Shown here: positions 59,144 to 64,000 of the stretch, piece after piece | Layout: the number at the start of each line of letters is the position of its first letter | Position numbering within the stretch: the first letter of the stretch is position 1 | NCBI GenBank assembly: GCA_021513695.1 | Contig: CP084166.1 | Location: 832,001-896,000, forward strand | Length of the DNA stretch: 64,000 bases | Direction: 5' to 3' | DNA from: Candidatus Heimdallarchaeum aukensis | Lineage (GTDB): Archaea; Asgardarchaeota; Heimdallarchaeia; Heimdallarchaeales; Heimdallarchaeaceae | Position numbers and translations under genes: made by a program | Notes under the pieces: generated by a model | Told to the model about the DNA's origin: nothing | Database searches by the model: none | Seen by the model: only the letters and a program-made list of their open reading frames with translations

Positions 59144-60007
59144 TTAAATAAGACTTAATAAATACCTTCCATAATCAGAATTTGAGTGCTCTTTTGCTAA
59201 ATTTTTAAGTTGATCGGTGTCAATATATCCAAGTCTGAATGCAATTTCTTCTAAACAAGCAATATAATATCCTTGCCTTTTTTGAATAGCTGCAACAAAA
59301 TTACTAGCTTCTATTAAACCATCAAATGTTCCAGTATCAAACCAAGCTAATCCACGTCCTAATAATTTGACTTTCAACTTTCCTCTTTTTAAATATTCAA
59401 TATTAAGATCAGTAATTTCTAGCTCTCCTCTTGGAGATGGTTTAAGATTTTCTGCATATTTAATTACATTATTATCGTAGAAATATAAACCAGGTATAGC
59501 ATAATTTGATTTTGGAAAAGCTGGTTTCTCTTCTATGGAGATAACATCCATAGTTTCTTCATTGAATTCTACAACTCCAAAAGCGGTGGGATTATTTACA
59601 TAGTAACCAAAGATTAAGGCTCCTTCCTTTAAAGTAGTTGCTTTTCTTAAAATTGAAGAAAAACCTTGACCATAAAAGATATTATCACCTAAAATTAGTG
59701 CAACATTATCAGAACCAATAAATTCTTTACCAACAATGAAAGCATCAGCTAACCCTCTTGGTTTTTCTTGAATTTTATATGAAAACTGAACACCAAGTTG
59801 AGAACCATCTTTTAATAAATTCTTGTAGTCTATAATATCTCTTGCTGTTGAGATAATTAAAATATCTTTTATCCCAGCAAGAAGAAGTGAAGAAAGTGAG
59901 TAATAAATCATAGGTTTATCATAAACTGGTAGAATTTGTTTTGAAATTGCTTTTGTTATGGGATATAATCTTGTTCCTGTTCCTCCAGCCAATACAATTC
60001 CTTTCAT
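59144..60007 (-). CDS. rfbA: glucose-1-phosphate thymidylyltransferase
   Basis: [36 protein letters not shown] is the canonical RmlA N-terminus. 287 aa. Confidence 0.85.
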   Translation of the reverse strand: MKGIVLAGGTGTRLYPITKAISKQILPVYDKPMIYYSLSSLLLAGIKDILIISTARDIIDYKNLLKDGSQLGVQFSYKIQEKPRGLADAFIVGKEFIGSDNVALILGDNIFYGQGFSSILRKATTLKEGALIFGYYVNNPTAFGVVEFNEETMDVISIEEKPAFPKSNYAIPGLYFYDNNVIKYAENLKPSPRGELEITDLNIEYLKRGKLKVKLLGRGLAWFDTGTFDGLIEASNFVAAIQKRQGYYIACLEEIAFRLGYIDTDQLKNLAKEHSNSDYGRYLLSLI

Positions 60008-60349
60008 TTTCTATTATAAGAAGAAAAACTCTATTCTATAAAATTTTCGTAATCATAAATCATTGTGAAATCATGAATTAATATTCTAAGGAAATACACT
60101 TCACATTTTTTTATTTTGTATTTATAAACCTAGTAAACATATTATCTATTAAGAGAAAAAAATGGAATACTAAAACATTATTAGAAACTATAATCTATTA
60201 ATGTTAGATTTGCTCGCTAACTAAAAAAATCATTGCTTATTCCTAAACAATAAAAAGAACAACTAGAAAAATAAGTATCAAAGCATTATGTTTTAAAATT
60301 TTATGTATAATACTATTTCACGTATCATGATAAGCATAAACTTGGTCTA

Positions 60350-60500
60350 ACCTACTGTAACTCCGATCTTTTTTCAACCTCTCTTACTACAATTTTAGCC
60401 TTGCTCACCAGTCTATTAACTTCCTAACTTTGGAAAATAATTTATGAACCAACCCTAAGTTTTTGACATTCAAAAGTGTAACCCCCTATAGAGAGTGAAT
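60350..60500 (+). repeat. ~165-bp non-coding element, copy B (paralog of 22868-23027)
   Basis: See copy A. Same orientation. It lies about 340 bp upstream of the rfbA start, in the operon's leader/promoter region. Confidence 0.7.
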
Positions 60501-60773
60501 ATAAGAAATAAAAGCAAAAATCAATAAAAATTTTCTTATAGGTATTGTTTCTTTTTCTAAATTACACTTCTGAATCAGAAGCTGAAGTTGTATCAGAATA
60601 ACTGTTTAAATACAAATATGATGTTACAGACTTCATAAATTGTATTTCTTGGAGTTACATCAACTTATATAATAAAATCATAATACATAGTTTAACAAAG
60701 CTGGTGACTGATAACTTATTTTAGTAAAATGTATTCTTATTTTTCATATCAATTGTTGAAAATTTTATTATTT

Positions 60774-61658
60774 TTATTCATCAAATGAATACCAATTATG
60801 TAAATCAATCTCAAATAATTTTTCGAATTTAATAATATCATCTAAAAAGTATTCATTAATTAGTTTTTCTTTTAATTCAACATTTATTTTTTTCTTGTCA
60901 AGTGGTTTTTTATTAAAGTTCATCAGTAATTTAGATAGTTTGTATCTAAAAGTTTCATCCGGAATAATACATCTGATTATTTTTTTAGCAAAATTATCTT
61001 TGTATATAAAATCTCGTATAAATTTGTTCTTTGATTCATAAGCTTCATTCTTTAAAATGTTTAAATTAAGGTCGTATTTTGGAATATCAAGAAAAGAAAA
61101 TAATTTATCGATCATCTTTTTAATGTTTAAACATAAATCGTATTCAAAATTAAAAATTATAAAATTCTTCTTATGGAAAAAATCTAGATATTTTTGAATG
61201 TTTAGATAATACATTCCTTTTTCAAGATAATTATATCTTTGATAATAGGGATGATTTGCATTTAATTCTTTTATCTCCCTTTGGATAGCTTCTTCAAAAG
61301 TTAATTTTTCATAACCTCGTCGAACATTCATTAAATAGTGAGAATATGCTCGTTCCACAGGATCTCTTACAATTAAGATAAATTTTACACCATTTCCAAA
61401 AGCATTATAGATTCTTTTTGGTACTTGCTTATAGTACAAATATTCAGGTGCTACTTCACCTAAATAGGAACTTTCATCACATTTAAAGAACGTTGAGAAA
61501 TACCAATCTAAACCTTTCTTGAACTTTCTGTCTAAATCAAAGAATCTAGTTTCTTTGATATCAGGAAGACATAACTTTGGATGCTGTTTTAGAATAGAAT
61601 GAATTGTTGTTGTTCCTGCTTTTTGAGCACCTATACAGAAGAAAGATACCTTTGGCAT
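60774..61658 (-). CDS. PAPS-dependent sulfotransferase (paralog 4)
   Basis: 5'-PSB GAQKAGTTTI and 3'-PB VRDPVERAYS. Confidence 0.75.
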   Translation of the reverse strand: MPKVSFFCIGAQKAGTTTIHSILKQHPKLCLPDIKETRFFDLDRKFKKGLDWYFSTFFKCDESSYLGEVAPEYLYYKQVPKRIYNAFGNGVKFILIVRDPVERAYSHYLMNVRRGYEKLTFEEAIQREIKELNANHPYYQRYNYLEKGMYYLNIQKYLDFFHKKNFIIFNFEYDLCLNIKKMIDKLFSFLDIPKYDLNLNILKNEAYESKNKFIRDFIYKDNFAKKIIRCIIPDETFRYKLSKLLMNFNKKPLDKKKINVELKEKLINEYFLDDIIKFEKLFEIDLHNWYSFDE

Positions 61659-61841
61659 AAGTTATTATTGGATATTTATTTTTAAAATGTTATGTAATTT
61701 TAGCAATGTTATAATACCAACAATAGAAATGAAATAACAACAAATTGTCCTACAAATACAATTTAAATGCTTTTATGTCAAGATAATTCTTTTTTAATAT
61801 TACTGGAAAATGATATAAATAACAAAAAATATTGAATATAG

Positions 61842-62810
61842 ATGTATATTTCAAAGATATTTGAAAAAACAAATGGACAAATATTTAATATAAAAGTATC
61901 TATTCTCCTACTTAATTATAAAAACTCAGAAGATACAATAAGGTGCTTAAAAACTATAGAAGAACTTAATTATAAAAACTTTGAAGTATTAATATTCGAT
62001 AATGCATCTGAACAAGACCAAGTATTTTTATTGAAAAACTATCTTAAGAATATGAACAATCCAAAAAATATAAGATATTATTATTCAAAGTATAATTTAG
62101 GATTCAGTAAAGCCAATAATTATTTAGTAGAAAAATCCAATGGAGAGCTAATTTGGTTTTTAAATAATGACACAATTGTAGAAAAAAACTCATTGAAAGT
62201 TCTAGTTAAAATATATAAAAAATATCAAAATGCTGGAACAGTAAGTTGTACAATACCATTTATGCAAAAACCAGAAATTGTTTGGTCAGCAGGATGCATT
62301 TATTATAGGGGTATAAGCCTTGTTAGATCTATTGGAAAATTTCAAAGTATAAAAAAATGGTCTAAAAAAGATACTTTGTTAAAAGTAGATTTTAATACAG
62401 GATGTGCATTACTGATAAAAAGAACAATATTCGATAAAGTAGGAAGATTTAATGAAGAATATTTTGTTTATAATGAAGATCTTGAATTGGGGTTGAAAAT
62501 CAAAGAATTAGGATTAGATAACATTGTTTTACTTTGTCCTCTAGTTCTTCATGATGAATCAGCTTCCACCAAAGGAAAAAGAAGTAGTGAAAAAGAAAAA
62601 TGGTCATACACAAAAATCTATTTAATGCTTAAAACGCGATTAATTTTTTTAAGTAAAAATGGTTTAAGTATCAAAAATATTTTAATTTCTCTTTCTTTTT
62701 TGTTCATACACTTCTTTTTATTTTTTTATTATTCTAAAGAAAAAAATATATTGTGCTTAGGAAAAATATTTAGAAGAGCGATAAATGATTCACGATTATT
62801 TAAAACATAA
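61842..62810 (+). CDS. family-2 glycosyltransferase (rhamnosyltransferase-like)
   Basis: VSILLLNYKNSEDT...LIFDNAS GT2 N-terminal region. A YNEDLE acidic motif. C-terminal TM. Confidence 0.7.
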   Translation: MYISKIFEKTNGQIFNIKVSILLLNYKNSEDTIRCLKTIEELNYKNFEVLIFDNASEQDQVFLLKNYLKNMNNPKNIRYYYSKYNLGFSKANNYLVEKSNGELIWFLNNDTIVEKNSLKVLVKIYKKYQNAGTVSCTIPFMQKPEIVWSAGCIYYRGISLVRSIGKFQSIKKWSKKDTLLKVDFNTGCALLIKRTIFDKVGRFNEEYFVYNEDLELGLKIKELGLDNIVLLCPLVLHDESASTKGKRSSEKEKWSYTKIYLMLKTRLIFLSKNGLSIKNILISLSFLFIHFFLFFYYSKEKNILCLGKIFRRAINDSRLFKT

Positions 62811-63257
62811 ATTTAATAATGTTCAGTAATAAAAAAAATATGGTAAAGGTATTATAAGTAGAAAAACCTTCAACTACTACTTTGAACAATTATAAAAAAC
62901 AAACACGAATAAAGAATTTTATTAGAAAGTGAATGTTAAGTTTGATATTCTCCCTCAAACCATAATAAAAACTAATATTTTCTTTGATACAATTTATTTC
63001 ATTCCTCAAGTAGTAAATGAAAATAAAAGAGCTAATAGTTATCCTTATATTGTAATCATTATTATGATTTATATAAAAACAAATAAAATTATCTAATGAA
63101 ACAGAACTTCATATTGTTTTAGTTAAGAATTAAAAAAGAAAAATTATTTAGAATAATCAGAAGATGAATATTCTAAAAACATTAATTACTTGTAACTTTA
63201 GAAAGTTTAATTGTATAGAGAAATTTTTATAAGCAGAAAAATATCAATTAAAATGCT

Positions 63258-64000
63258 TTGAAAATAACAATTTTATTAGCGATATATCTTATAACAATTC
63301 CAGGATTAGTAATTTATTTATGGTTCATTAGTTTGAATAAAAAAGTAGAATTTTTAAATTATGATATAAAAAAATTAAACTTTACAGATATTATGATTTT
63401 AATTATCTTTATTTCCATTTCTGAAATATCGTTATTAGTATATTTCCTCTTATTATTAAATTTAAAGTATGATAAAATAACTATAATTTTATTAATATTA
63501 CAGTTGATTATCGCATTCCCTTTAATTTTTTATATAAATAAAAAATCTGATTATAAAAAAGATTTCATCACCAAAATTAAGGAAAATATTTCTGTTTATT
63601 ATACTAAACAATTAATGTTAAATAGAAAAGCGATCCCTTTAATTTCTCTATTAATTATAGAATTGATATATGTTATTATAAAAATAAATTCATTCAGTGG
63701 TTTTTATTATAAATATTTAATTGATTTAGGTCCTTTTAATTACTTATCATGGTACTATTGGATAATTTTGTTTGCTCAAATATCCATTTGGATCTATTTC
63801 AACTTGAAGAATAACTTAGAGTGTATAAAGTATTCAGTAGTTTTGTCTTGTCTCATTTTCTTTCATGTATATATTTTCCCTGTTATTTATTACCAAAATA
63901 TGCGATACCTAGACGTATATTTTCATACAATGATTTCTATTTTAGAATTAAATACACAAAAAGTTCATGGATTTTATTTTGGATCTTATGATAAAAAACC
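63258..64000 (+). CDS. 3'-truncated CDS for a polytopic membrane protein (absent from the ORF track because no stop lies in the window)
   Basis: The frame is continuously open from the stop at 63249-63251 to the window end (about 250 codons) and is hydrophobic and helix-rich. The start is ambiguous: TTG 63258 or ATG 63393. Confidence 0.35.
   Translation, partial: MKITILLAIYLITIPGLVIYLWFISLNKKVEFLNYDIKKLNFTDIMILIIFISISEISLLVYFLLLLNLKYDKITIILLILQLIIAFPLIFYINKKSDYKKDFITKIKENISVYYTKQLMLNRKAIPLISLLIIELIYVIIKINSFSGFYYKYLIDLGPFNYLSWYYWIILFAQISIWIYFNLKNNLECIKYSVVLSCLIFFHVYIFPVIYYQNMRYLDVYFHTMISILELNTQKVHGFYFGSYDKK

Noticed and set aside
22868-60500. Interpreting the ~165-bp direct repeats as attL/attR of an integrated element
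   Set aside because: att sites should be near-identical; these are only about 78% identical. No integrase gene or complete tRNA is present in the window. I therefore reported them as a paralogous non-coding element, not as att sites.

Overview
AT-rich, gene-dense segment, most likely from an archaeon. The evidence for archaeal origin is a CDP-archaeol synthase homolog, oligo-T terminator tracts and TATA-like promoters close to start codons. Many proteins are Asn/Lys-rich and low-complexity. Coordinates 1-10.7 kb carry lipid and membrane genes (carS, a PAP2 phosphatase, an alpha/beta hydrolase). They also carry a three-gene minus-strand module: a CDF metal exporter, a secreted acidic protein with six PepSY-like repeats, and a membrane-anchored winged-helix regulator. 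Coordinates 11-64 kb form one very large surface-glycan (EPS/S-layer glycan-like) biosynthesis locus. It contains a complete dTDP-L-rhamnose operon (rmlA, rmlC, rmlD, rmlB). It contains two UDP-GlcNAc 2-epimerase paralogs and a UDP-ManNAc dehydrogenase (wecB, wecC). It contains four SDR epimerase/dehydratases and two sugar-1-P nucleotidyltransferases. It contains at least eight GT4 and three GT2 glycosyltransferases, three Wzx-type flippases and three large polytopic membrane proteins (candidate GT-C or Wzy-like). Unusually, it contains four PAPS-type sulfotransferase paralogs, all with intact 5'-PSB and 3'-PB motifs. Two of them sit in a repeated two-gene module with an uncharacterised GT-B-like protein carrying an HYHGSD(I/L)R motif. 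Also embedded in the locus are an IS6-family insertion sequence (GC-rich, perfect 16-bp TIRs), a solitary gamma-class N6-adenine DNA methyltransferase, a tandem beta-helix (CASH) surface protein, and an FG-GAP beta-propeller protein with TSP3-like calcium-binding repeats. Two ~165-bp non-coding direct repeats (about 78% identical) bracket a 37.5-kb part of the locus. No rRNA, tRNA or CRISPR array was found. All functional calls come from motif and architecture recognition by eye, with no database search.
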